Below, piece by piece: positions 45,162-55,884 of a stretch of DNA of 64,000 nt. Source of the DNA: Pelagomonas calceolata (lineage: Eukaryota); the NCBI GenBank assembly GCA_918797485.1, contig CAKKNE010000002.1:1-64000 (forward strand), read 5' to 3'. Every line of letters starts with the position of its first letter. The stretch's first letter is position 1. Made by a program: the position numbers and the translations under genes. The notes under the pieces were generated by a model, which worked only from the letters and a program-made list of their open reading frames with translations, did not search any database and was not told where the DNA came from.

Positions 45162-47256
45162 ATGATCGACCTCGTCGTCTCCCAGGTCCCCGGCGCGGAC
45201 AAGTCCGTAGTGGTGCCCAATGGCATGCGCATGGGCGCCGCGGCCATCCTCGACCATCTGGCGCCGGGCGCGGGCGCGCGCCTCGAGCTGTGGCACGGCG
45301 CGCGGCGCCTGGGCCCCGCCGAGCGGCCGCGCGCCCCCGTCGCGCGCGTCGTCGTGACGAGGGCCCTGGTCGGCGGCAAGGGCGGCTTCGGCCAGCTCCT
45401 GCGGAACCTGGGCCGCGCGGGCGGCGGCGTGCGGACCGGCGCCGAAATACAAAAGCAACCACCTCCCCACTGATCAATAAACCACGCAGGAACGAACGCG
45501 CGACTTCGGCGCGTGCCGCGACCTGTCGGGCCGGCGGCTGCGCCACGTGAACGACGAGATCGCGCTGGAGCGGTGGCACCAGGCGCGCGCGCGCAACGAG
45601 GCGCGGAAGCGCGACGGCGGCGGCGCGGCGGCCGAGGAGGACGAGGACGCGCCGGCGCACGGCATCCGGGGCTGGCACCTCGCCGTGCCCTCGTGGGCCG
45701 AGCTCCCGACCAAGGCGCGGAAGTCCAAGGCGGCGCTGCGGCGCGCGGCGGCGGCCCGCCGCTGGCAGGACGAGGAGGCCGACGTCCTCGCGAGCGGCTG
45801 CGTGACGCGGAGCTTCGAGGGCGCGGTGACCATGGTCGACACGGTCCACGACGCCTTCTGCGTCGTCGACGGCGACTGCTACGTGCCGGCCTCGGCGAAC
45901 GCCAAGGACGACGACGACTGGGCCGCGGCGCCGCTCCGCGTCGGCGACGTCCTGAGCGTGCGCGCCGCGCACCGGCCCCAGGGCCGCAACAAGTGGACGG
46001 CCTACCGCGCCGAGCGCGTGTCGCGCGCGCCGCCGGGCAAGGCGCGCCGGGGCCGGGAGAAGCGCGTCGAGCGCCACGTCCGGCGGCCGCGCGCCGTCGA
46101 GGAGCGGCGCGCGGCCGCGCGCGGCGCCGCGGCGGGGCGGGCCAAGGCGCGCGACCAGCCGGCGCCCGAGGTCGACGCGGCGGCCATGCGCGCGAGCGTC
46201 GCCGCGGGCCTCGCCGCGGCCGAGAGCCGCGCGCCGAAGAAGACGCGCCACCACGGCGCCGCGGCGTGCCTGCCCGTCGCCGCCGACGGCGCCGCCGCCC
46301 CGGCGACGACTGTACCGTCGGTGCTGGGGGTCCTGACGGGCGACGCGGCGCTCGGGCCGCGCGGCGCCGTCGAGGGGCGGTCCGAGTTCTGCTCCGTGGC
46401 CGTCGCCGGCTGCGAGGCGGTGAAGGACGGGCGCTGGTACTACGAGGTCGAGCTGGGCACGGACGGCGTCGTCCAGGTCGGCTGGGCGGGCGCGGACTTT
46501 GGCGCCGACGACGGCGCGGGCGACGGCGTCGGCGACGACGCGCACTCGTGGGGCTTCGACGGCTGCCGCGGCCGCGCGTGGACGGCCGGCGCCGCCGAGG
46601 CCTACGGCGGCGCGGAGGGCTGGAAGAAGGGCGACGTCGTCGGCTGCCGCGTCGACGTCGATAAGGGCGAGGCGTCCTTCTCGGTCAACGGGGCCGATTT
46701 GGGCGTGGCGTTTCGCGGCGTGGCTGGGCCACTTTCGGCGGCGCTGAGCCTCGAGGACGGCGAGGCCGTGCGCGTGGCCCTCGACCGCGGCGACCTCCGC
46801 TTCGGCCCGCCGGCCGGCTACCGGGCGCTCGGAGACGCGCGCCTCGCGCCGCTCGCAGAGGACAAGAAGGCGCCGGCCGCCGCACCGGCACCAGCGGCGG
46901 CACCTCCGCGACCGGCCGCCGCGGCCGCCGCGCCGCCCGCTCCGCCTGTGTCGGCCGCGCCGCCTGCGCCACCCGCGCGGCCTGCGCCTGCGCCGGCACC
47001 GCCGCCGCCGAAAAAGAAGGCGCCCTACGTCAAGGGCCCGCCCGTCGCGGCGGCCGCGCTCGACCTCGGCCCGTTCGAGTCGGCCGAGGCCCTCGAGGCG
47101 CTCGGCCTCGACCGGCTCAAGAGCGCCCTGATGGCCGCCGGCCTCAAGTGCGGCGGCACGCTCCGCGACCGCGCCGAGCGCTTGCTGTCGACGCGCGGCA
47201 AGGACCGGGCCGACTGGGACCCGAAGATCCTCGCGAAGCCGAAGAAGAAAGGGTAA
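45162..47256 (+). CDS. SDE2: SDE2-like protein with internal OB-like and SPRY domains; intron 45429-45489
   Basis: Ubiquitin-like N-terminus ending [33 protein letters not shown]...QVGW...GVGDD..SWGFDG...W..GDVVGC; C-terminal [25 protein letters not shown]. Confidence 0.88.
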
Positions 47257-47285
47257 GAACTGTTATTATATTATCACATCCGAGT

Positions 47286-48725
47286 TCAGGGAGGCGTCCA
47301 CTTCTTGACGACGACCTGGCTGGCGCAGGCGACCGCCAGGACAACGGCGCTCGAATCGACGACGGTTGCGTGCGCGACGCCTTTGACGCTACCGACGGCG
47401 ACGGTCATGGGAGACGTCTTCGCGGCGTCCGCCATGCCTTGCCGCCGGAGATCCCACAAGCGCACCACGCCAGCGTGCGAGCCCAGCGTCACCCACGTTC
47501 CGTCCGCCGAGCACCGCGCCGCGACGTTTGCCGACAGTCCGCCGGCTTCGGCCGCAAAAAAGCTGGCGACGGTCGGCTGCGCCTTGCGCACGTCCAGCAC
47601 GTCCACGCGGTAGCCGCCCGTGTCGTCGGCGGAATCAGGCACGAGCGCCGTCGCCAGGATAAGATTCCCCCCCAAGGACGGCGCCGCGCACACGTCGTTC
47701 CACTTTTGCCGCGACGTCGTGCCCGAGAGGGCCCGCGTGAGTCGCCCGCTCGCGCCGTCGTAGAGCTGGAGTCGCCCGTCGAAGCCGCCAGATATGAGAC
47801 AATTGGAATCAACGGCGCAGAGCGCGGCAATCCTCGAAGTGTGCACGCGAGGCAGATTCGTGGGTCCGCTTGAGCGGCCGACGATGACGACATCGTGCGC
47901 GCCTCGTCCTCCGGCGGCGCCAGCGGCGACGACCCAGTCGTCAGCGGCGCTGGGGCCCCACGCCACCGAGGCGATGCCCTCCGCGAGGCGGCCGCCGAGC
48001 GGCACGGCCGATCGGCTCCCGCGCCCCTTGACCTTCTCTAGTACGCCGTTGTCGTAGCCCAGTAGAACTGTCTCGTCGCACTTCCGGAAATCCGCGCACT
48101 CGCAGCGCGATCCGTCGTCCGAGCCTCGCGCCGAGCTCAGGAAAAAGGGCTTGAAGACGTCCGTACGAGCGCCGTCGCGCCGCCGCTGCAAAACTCCCAC
48201 AGCGCCGCGGTTCGTCGCGACGACGAGGTCTCCGGCACCGTCGAGCCAGCAGCCGCGGATCTTGCCGTCCGCCTTGACGACTTCCGGGGCATCTGCCACG
48301 CTCGCGCGCCGCTTCTTTTGTTTGGGCTCGGCCGGCGGCGAGGGCGGCGGCGGCGGAGGTGGCGGAGGTGGTGGAGGCGGCGCTTGCCGCGGCGCTGGTG
48401 CTGGCGCTGTCGGCGTCGGAGCGCCACGTTCCCGCGCCTGGAGCCGCGACCGGGCCGTTTCGAGCTCCCTCTCCGCCTGGACGCGGTGCGTCCGTTCCGC
48501 GTCGAGGTATCGCCTCGCCTGTTCGAGTTTCTGGGTAGCAACCTCCTCAGCGCTCCGAGCGTCCCGTACCGCCCGCTCCTTCACGGCTACTTCCGCCCGC
48601 AGCCGATCCAACTCGTTGGGGTCTGTCGCGCCCCTCCCGCCTTGACGCCGCGGCGGCGGAGACCTCACGCCGCGCGCATCGCCGCGCCGGCAGCGCCGCT
48701 CGCCATGCGTGTCGCGATGCGACAT
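47286..48725 (-). CDS. Coiled-coil, poly-Pro and WD40-repeat protein
   Basis: LISGGFDGRLQLYD and LGSHAGVVRLWDLR. Start placed at the first in-frame ATG. Confidence 0.7.
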   Translation of the reverse strand: MSHRDTHGERRCRRGDARGVRSPPPRRQGGRGATDPNELDRLRAEVAVKERAVRDARSAEEVATQKLEQARRYLDAERTHRVQAERELETARSRLQARERGAPTPTAPAPAPRQAPPPPPPPPPPPPPSPPAEPKQKKRRASVADAPEVVKADGKIRGCWLDGAGDLVVATNRGAVGVLQRRRDGARTDVFKPFFLSSARGSDDGSRCECADFRKCDETVLLGYDNGVLEKVKGRGSRSAVPLGGRLAEGIASVAWGPSAADDWVVAAGAAGGRGAHDVVIVGRSSGPTNLPRVHTSRIAALCAVDSNCLISGGFDGRLQLYDGASGRLTRALSGTTSRQKWNDVCAAPSLGGNLILATALVPDSADDTGGYRVDVLDVRKAQPTVASFFAAEAGGLSANVAARCSADGTWVTLGSHAGVVRLWDLRRQGMADAAKTSPMTVAVGSVKGVAHATVVDSSAVVLAVACASQVVVKKWTPP

Positions 48726-48938
48726 GGGAGAGCGCTGCTTAAAATGATGCAGCTGCTGCCTGCTGGGAGGCGCAATGCAATGCGATCGATGCAGCGCGCG
48801 CTGTCTGCTGCGTCGCGCACACCCGTGTCTCACTGCTGCGTCGCCCTCTGTCGCTAAGAGCGACTCATAGACGATCTGCGGTGGCAACAATTAAAAAAAG
48901 GAAGTATGTCATATATATATAATAGTATGTGAAGTATA

Positions 48939-51208
48939 CCGTCTCCGGACGTCTTTAAGTGTAACCTTATGGGTTGCGCGGCCCCGGCGGCGTTAAAATA
49001 AACTGGCAGTGTTTGGTTATCGGCAAGGGGTACCTAGGCCCTCGCGGCGCCAAAAAACGGGGCTGCCGGGTGCCGCGCCGCTGATTATACCGGGCTCATT
49101 TACTGCTTCCATAGCGATACCCTCTGCGATAGCCTATACGCTTGCGTTAGCGACGTGAACCATCTTCGAGGCATCACATGCGTATGGGCAGGTAGCGCGG
49201 CGCATTTGAGGGTTAGCTACGTGCAGTTTATGTCTTACTCGAACGCGGGCGGCGGCGCGGCCCGAGGGGCTCTACAGACTCTCATCGCCGCTGGAAAAGT
49301 CCCAGTAACCTTTCTTGTTGGGGTCGTTGGCGATGTCGGCCAATGCCTTGGGTAGCTGGTGCGGAATGCGCTTCCAACCCATTGATTGGAGGTACTTCTT
49401 CTTCGTAATGCGTACTTGGCTATGCTCCTGCTTGCCCTTGCTCCAGCCCTTCAGGCGGATCGTGTCCTTGGCCGCCTCATCCTTGGACCAGAAGCAGTCG
49501 TCGAGGATCTCCGGGTCCATAGCCCAAAATTCTTCCTCGATGACTTTCCACAGCAAGTCTAATAACTTGTCCTTCGGCATCTGCTCCTTGAATTCATTGA
49601 CGCGCTTGCGCACACGGCTGGCCAAGTGCGTCCACACCGCCTGGTCGAGGGCGTTGTGCGAGGGGCAGTGGCCTGCCTGCTTTCGGAATTTAATTCGGTA
49701 CGTTTTGGCAGCCTTATCTAAAGTTTTGTGGTTCTCCGTCCGCGACGGAGGCCAAGTATGGTTGTCATAGCCGTGACCGGGTGCCCCATCTTCTTGTATT
49801 TCGATACAGTCCAATCCAGAGTCTTTGAAGTACTTTTGGACGGCTGCCAGGCCACCATTCGTCTGAACCATCATCTCGCAGTACTTCGCACCATCCATGG
49901 AGCAGTCGACCTGGTACTTGTCACCCGCCTTTCTGCTGTAGACTGGCTCTCTAACCATCTTTCCGACTTGTTTCGTGAATCGTTTGTCTGGTCTCAATGT
50001 ATAGCCTTCTATGATGCCCTTCTCGTATACTTTCTCCTCCGTCACCCGCCAGATGCCTACCTTGCCGTCTCGCTCCCAGCTCAACCCATCCTTTGACCGT
50101 TTTGGCTGCGAGACCATCGCCATGACCATGATCTTCATGAGGTGGTTCTTGTTTTTGCATCGTTTGTACAGCTCTTTGGCTGGAGGCTCTTCTTTTTTAT
50201 GGTATGTGTACTTCTCGTGGTAACCAGGGACAAAGAAGTACTTTTCGTCGACATCTGCGATCTCCTCGAAATTAGCTTGGTAGATGTATTCGGCATCAGC
50301 TAATGCAGCGTCGGCGTGCTTCTGATCCACGATCCTGGGCCGTGGAGTGACGCCGCGTCTTGAGGTGGCTTTTTTATCTTTTTAACCGCCGTGAGGCCGA
50401 TGTTGTTACCCTCGCCGTCTTGGACCCCGATGGCGCACCGCCGCGCGTCTTCAAAGCGCGGTTCTTTCTATAAATATCGCGCGTCTGCTTAATAATCCGG
50501 GGGTCGTCGGCCTTGCTCGTCCTCCCCACGTTACCTTAGGATAAAATCAGTTTAGTCTCCGCTGGGGGCCCATGGGGCCTGCCGTCGCGGCGCGACCCCC
50601 CGTACCGACCCGAACGAGCGGCGCTCTCTCGCGTGGCGTCGACGCAGTCGCTGGGCGACTCTCGGCGGCCGTTGAAGTGACCAAAGGACGCTGCAGATGT
50701 ACCTTTTTTTCTCGAGTCTGTGGTTCCGGTAGCTTTTAGTCTCTTTTTGAGGCGCGAGATGGTGGCTTTCGTCGTCTGATAGTGCTCCAGCACGTCAGCA
50801 CACGTGCCCGGTAATGCGTTCGCCTTGACCAGCTCGTACTCGCGTAATAGGTTCGCCGCGGCGCAGTTGGTGAGGTTTGATTTCCTGCCTTTACCATGTT
50901 TTAGCTGAAAATACGGGGGCTCTTCGTCCTTGAAGCGATGCTTGTAGAGGCAGATGCTTGGCACGAGGTTCTCGAACTTAACGGGGTGCGGAATGTCGCG
51001 GCTGCCCGTCGGGCTAAAGAGGGCCTTGCGCTTGACCGAAACAGGCGGCGGCGGTCCCACAAACCGCGGAGAGAGCGGCGGCACATTGGGGATGAGGCCG
51101 CGCACGGCTGCGGCATTCAACAGCATATTTAAAGGCTCCAATTGCGTGCACCGTTGACGCTCGGTACAAAAATCTTTGAACGGTTACACTTATTCTAGGC
51201 CGGAGAGG
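48939..51208 (-). mobile_element. Tc1/mariner-superfamily DNA transposon, copy 2 (2270 bp), inverted
   Basis: Reverse complement of copy 1, with TA at 48937-48938 and 51209-51210. Confidence 0.93.
49272..51126 (-). pseudogene. Mariner-type transposase, copy 2; intron 50535-50702; small indels near 50350-50445
   Basis: The catalytic domain is intact (352-aa ORF); small deletions relative to copy 1 break the frame upstream of it. Confidence 0.85.
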
Positions 51209-51352
51209 TACCTACGGTACCGTAGGTAGGCAACTGAGTATAGGTCATAGTAGAAGACGAGACTAGCAAGAAATACCCGTCAAAATTATACATACAACGA
51301 TACTGCTCCAACGAGGGCCGCTGGCGCTTCGGACATAAAAGACACACATCAA

Positions 51353-52472
51353 TCACCCCGACACGAAGTACCCGACCCACTTGGCGAGCGCCTCGGCGCG
51401 CTTCGCGGGGTACAGCTTGAGGGTGAAACAGTGGGACGCCGAGCCCTCGAGGTGGAGCACGTCGCGGCAGCCCGCGTCCCGGATCGAGCGGGCCGTGGCC
51501 AAGCCCTCGTCGCGGAGCGGGTCGGCGGTGTCCGTGATGATAATCGTCGGCGGCGGCGCGACGGGGCGGTCTTGGGCGTCGCGCCAGGTGTCGACCGCGG
51601 TTTGCGGGCAGACTCTCCAGTCCGCGAGCGCCCGTTCTTTCGCCTCGGGGCCGGGACCGACATAAGCGTCCCACGACGCCGCCAGCCACGACGGCGCAGC
51701 AATGTGGCAGTTCCCGTTCGCCGCGTACGATGCAGACGCGCCCCGCGGGTCGACGAAAGGCGAGACGGCGAAGAGCGACGCTACCGTTAGGCCGAGCCGC
51801 GGCGCGGCGGCGGCCGTGACGATCGCGAGATTCGCACCGGCCGACGCGCCGGCGACGTGCACGGCCGAGAAGCGGTCCGACGCCGCCGCGAGGTACCGCA
51901 GCGCCGCGGCACAGTCGTCGGCCGCCGCCGGGTGCCGGTGCCTGTGCGGTGGGGAAGCGTGATTTTCGGTTGCGAATGTGCGTCTTCCACGCGGAGGAAA
52001 TGTTTCTTCTCGGATTTGAATGCATGTCTCCCGCACGGGACGCTCGCTCGGGCGCGAGCCGGTACTCTACCGACACCCAGGCAAACGACGGCGCTCCAGC
52101 TTGGACGGCCGCCGCGCAGAGCTCGGCGCCGAACGCGTCGCGCGCTCCGCCGATGGTAAAGCCGCCGCCGTGGATCCAGAGGACGACCGGGACTGGACCG
52201 TCTACCTTCGGTGAGTAGACGATCAGCTCGACGCCTTCGGGCGTCGTCTCGACCGTCGTGGTCCAGTGCTTGGACGCGATGCGAGCCGCGGCGCCGGCGT
52301 TGAATTGCTCAAAACGCCTTCGCGCCGTCGCGCCTTCGGGCCCGGCGAGCTTGGCGACGCTGTCGAGTTTATCGAGGCGCAGTGCCAACCACACCACGTA
52401 CTGGAGGCATTTGTCGACGAGCTTTAGGTGTGGATGGCGCCAGATTTTGTAAGCGCCTGACGGTGTCGACAT
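51353..52472 (-). CDS. HSL-family esterase/lipase; GC-AG intron 51942-52047
   Basis: IHGGGF, YRLAPEH..PAA.DD after splicing, GASAGANL, DPLRDE and a C-terminal His. Confidence 0.9.
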
Positions 52473-52730
52473 GATGCGTGTCGGGCAGCAATGCGGCCGT
52501 GCGTCGTAGAGGCAGCCTCCATGAGCCTCCTCTCCAAAACTAGAGCCTCTCCGAGCCTAGAGCGCTCTCCTTCCAACCGCATCTTGGGGCGAAGCAGAAT
52601 GCTAGCGGAAGGGACCGGGAAGGCTTCTAGTCATAGACGGCTCTTGTCTTTTTCAGACTCGCCGACGCGGAGCCCACAGCTGACACAGGACTGGCTTACT
52701 ACTCCAGGGGACGAGAGGAACAAGACCCGC

Positions 52731-53186
52731 CTAGAACTCGACGCCGAGCGCCTCGTACCGCTCGCGGGCGTCGCGCGCGAGCGTGGCGGCCGTGACGACC
52801 GCGGGGTCCTCGAACGCCTCGGGCTCGACCGGGCGCGGCACCACGCCGGTCGACGCCGTGGTGACCGTCACGGCCGCGGCAACCTGGTCCGTCGCGTGCG
52901 GCGCGAGGACCTTGGCCGAGACCCAGCCCGCGACGGGCGCGGCGACGCGGCAGCGGGCACGCCGCTCCTCGACGACGTCCACCTTGCCGCCGCGCTCGAC
53001 CGTGCCGACGACGGGGCTGCGCAGGCTCGCCGCCGCGCGCACCGTCGCGCCGCCCTTGCCGACGACGGCGTAGGTCCGGCCGGCCCGCTGCTCTGGGGGA
53101 TTGCGATCGGGGTGGTTGACGAGGCGAGGCATGCGCCGGGGGTCTTTGACCAAAGCATACTGCGAGACGAGGACGGCTTCGTCCAT
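52731..53186 (-). CDS. Small protein with an SH3b-like domain
   Basis: GATVR...SL.SPVVG.V..G..V.V.E....R.....P..GWVS.K.L. Confidence 0.6.
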   Translation of the reverse strand: MDEAVLVSQYALVKDPRRMPRLVNHPDRNPPEQRAGRTYAVVGKGGATVRAAASLRSPVVGTVERGGKVDVVEERRARCRVAAPVAGWVSAKVLAPHATDQVAAAVTVTTASTGVVPRPVEPEAFEDPAVVTAATLARDARERYEALGVEF

Positions 53187-53609
53187 TTTGTGTGTTATTT
53201 CGCAGCCCTTATGTATTCGCGTCAAATGAGATGAGACGGAGGTAGGGGACCAAAACAATCGAACAATCGTGCGGGGCGGGAGGCCTCGGCAGATATACTT
53301 AACAGGTTAGCAGTCCCCGCCTTAGTAGTAGTCTAATTACGCTTCTTCGGGCGCCGGCGAAGAGAGCCCTGCGAGCCGCTCCTCTCATGAGCTCAGGAGC
53401 CTCCGCCGCGCACTGCTCGTGAACTGGAGACGTCAATTCCCAGAAGCACTCCTCGACGGACACGCCCGCCCTCCACGAGCCGCGACGCCGCACGCCAGTC
53501 GCCGCGTTCGCGGGATGAACACATATGTACATTAGAAGAAGAACCCGCGGGCGGCGCCGTGCGAGCGATATGGACAAAAGAAGATATGGACATGCGCGCG
53601 TCGGTGTTA

Positions 53610-53835
53610 CTACTCGCGCTTCTTTTTGAGCGGCACGGCGAGCTCGCCGTAGGTGTTCGCGCAGGTCGTGGCCTTGGCGCTGATGCACCCGTAGAACATG
53701 GAAACCTGTGCGTCGAAGTTTAGAACCTGGCGTGATTTCTTGACGCTGATAAAAAACGAAGGTCGCGATGACGTAGTGGTCTTGTTGGATCGTGCCGTCG
53801 GCGCGCGTCGCGAAGGCCGCGAAGGCCGGCATCAT
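53610..53835 (-). CDS. Putative 52-aa microprotein; intron 53706-53772
   Basis: High-GC3 codons in both exons; GT...GCACAG intron with a CTAAAC branch-like motif. Confidence 0.45.
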
Positions 53836-54091
53836 GACCTAAGACACCGGTCGCGTCGATGGGGCTCAAATTATTTCAATTGGCGCCGGTCGCGACCGCA
53901 TACATCAGCGCGAAGCATAGGAGTGTGCCTATGGTGGGCGAAATGATTTCTCGGCAACAACCGCCGCGATGCTTTACAATAAATCTCATCGCGAGCAAAA
54001 AATTCGCGCCCCACCGCAGACGCAATAATCCAAGATGCCGCCCGCTCACACCGTCCTCTGCCACTCCAATGCGCACACGGAGCCGCGGCCG

Positions 54092-55474
54092 ATGGCCACG
54101 GCCAACACGTACGTGAACGTCAAGCGCGTCTTTAACACCCAGCCGGAGGCGCCGCCCCGGCGTCCACCGCCTCGACGTCGTCGCCGCCGCAAACCTCGCC
54201 CGCCTGCAGGTCCTCGGCTTCGTCGTGAACGTCGGCGAGGCCGTCAACATCCGCATGATGCAGCGCCCGCTCATGACATGCCTCCTCTCGCTCCAGGCGT
54301 CCGCCGCGGCGTCCTCGTAGAAAAGTTCTCCTTCGACCGGTGCCGCGTCGACGCCAGCGACGCGGTTTGCCGACGGTCGATCGAATCGGATCGATGCCGC
54401 GTCGACGGCGTGACGGTTGATCGACGCAGGGGCATGCTGCTCTCCTTCGGCGTCATGATGTCCTGCCAGGTCGGCGGCCGCTGGGGCAGCACGACCGGCG
54501 TCAACAACTTCGTCTTCGCCGGCTTCGGCATCCCCTTCGGCCTCACGTTCATCGTGCCCTCCGGTGCAAAAATCAAAGTTCGTCGCGTCGATGGCGTGGC
54601 GACTTGTCGAGAAGACTCACGATTCGCGCACACAGGTGCTCTGCCAGGGCTGCGAGCTCATCACGGCGAACTACATGTTCTGCACCTTCGCCTGCCTCGC
54701 GGCGGCGCCCGAGGACCGCGCGAACGAGATCAAGGCCACGGTCATCAACTGGTTCGTCTGCTGGTGGCTCAACCTCGCCGGCGCCATCCTCCACTTCGTC
54801 ATCTTCGCGTGGCAGACGGGCCTCATCAAGACCGTGACCATCGACAACGACATCTACTCGGACCCCACGGGGGCGCGTCGACGGCGTGGAAGGACGACGT
54901 CGCGTCGACAGCGTCAACGATGATTTCCGCGCAGGCGCTCGAGAACAACGAGAAGATCAACTTCCCGAACCGCCGCACGTTCCAGGAGGCGTTCAACAAC
55001 GGCGACTTCTGCACGACGAAGAACTTCGCGCAGGCCAACATCTGCAAGCTCATGAAGGCTGCGCGCGCCAAGTGCACGGCGCACTTCACGACGTCCATCG
55101 TCCGCGGCGCGGGCTGCAACTGGATGGTCTGCCTCGCCATCTGGCTCCAGATGATCGCGACGGAGCCCATCTCGAAGTTCATCATGATCTGGCTGCCGAT
55201 CGAGCTCTTCATCTCGTCGGGCTTCGACCACCTGGTCGTGAACGAGTTCCTCATCCCGGGCGGCATCATCGTCGGCGGCAAGTTCCTCGACTCGCGCATC
55301 AACTGGGGCAACGCATTTTGGTTTAATTTCATCCCCGTGACGATCGGCTCGATCGTCGGCGCCTGGTTCCTCGTGATCCCGTTCTGGTTCGTGAACAAGG
55401 ACGGCTTCTGGAAGCGGCAGGAGCGCGAGGCCGCCGCCAAGGCCGCGAAGGAGGAGAAGGTCGTCGAGGCCTAA
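54092..55474 (+). CDS. Formate/nitrite transporter (FNT, NAR1-like); introns 54299-54429, 54554-54635 and 54873-54934; apparent frameshift near 54157
   Basis: AGMLLSFG, PFGL, G.ELIT.N, NLAG, GAGCNWMVCLA, PI..F..SGFDH.VVN and NFIPVTIG.IVG. Confidence 0.88.
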   Translation: MATANTYVNVKRVFNTQPEAPPRRPPPRRRRRRKPRPPAGPRLRRERRRGRQHPHDAAPAHDMPPLAPGVRRGVLVEKFSFDRCRVDASDAVCRRSIESDRCRVDGVTVDRRRGMLLSFGVMMSCQVGGRWGSTTGVNNFVFAGFGIPFGLTFIVPSGAKIKVRRVDGVATCREDSRFAHTGALPGLRAHHGELHVLHLRLPRGGARGPRERDQGHGHQLVRLLVAQPRRRHPPLRHLRVADGPHQDRDHRQRHLLGPHGGASTAWKDDVASTASTMISAQALENNEKINFPNRRTFQEAFNNGDFCTTKNFAQANICKLMKAARAKCTAHFTTSIVRGAGCNWMVCLAIWLQMIATEPISKFIMIWLPIELFISSGFDHLVVNEFLIPGGIIVGGKFLDSRINWGNAFWFNFIPVTIGSIVGAWFLVIPFWFVNKDGFWKRQEREAAAKAAKEEKVVEA

Positions 55475-55884
55475 ACGACCACGACCACCTGTACATACGC
55501 GCACGGTCCGACGCTGCACATACGCCTCACGACATCCTCCGGAAACGACCTGCACATATCCACCACGTTTTGCACATATCACCACCAAGTGAATCAGTCG
55601 ACGCGCGCGTGTGCGCCGCGTAGGGTAATCTTACGACTCTCGAGACTCTTCCGTGCCGCCGTGCGAGCACTCACTATCCCAAGCCCGGGGGCCGCGGGGC
55701 CGCTAAGCGGTGAAACGTAGACCTTCGCGTCCTCCGTACTTTCGATTTGTACTGAATATACCAGTATGAAAATCTCAGTGCGCAAGGCACCAGGGCTCCC
55801 TGTCAAATGGAAAACCGCAGCTAGCGGCTGCAAGACACTAGCAAGCACAGCAGCAAGCAAAGCTCGGCACCACAGCTCCAAAAC

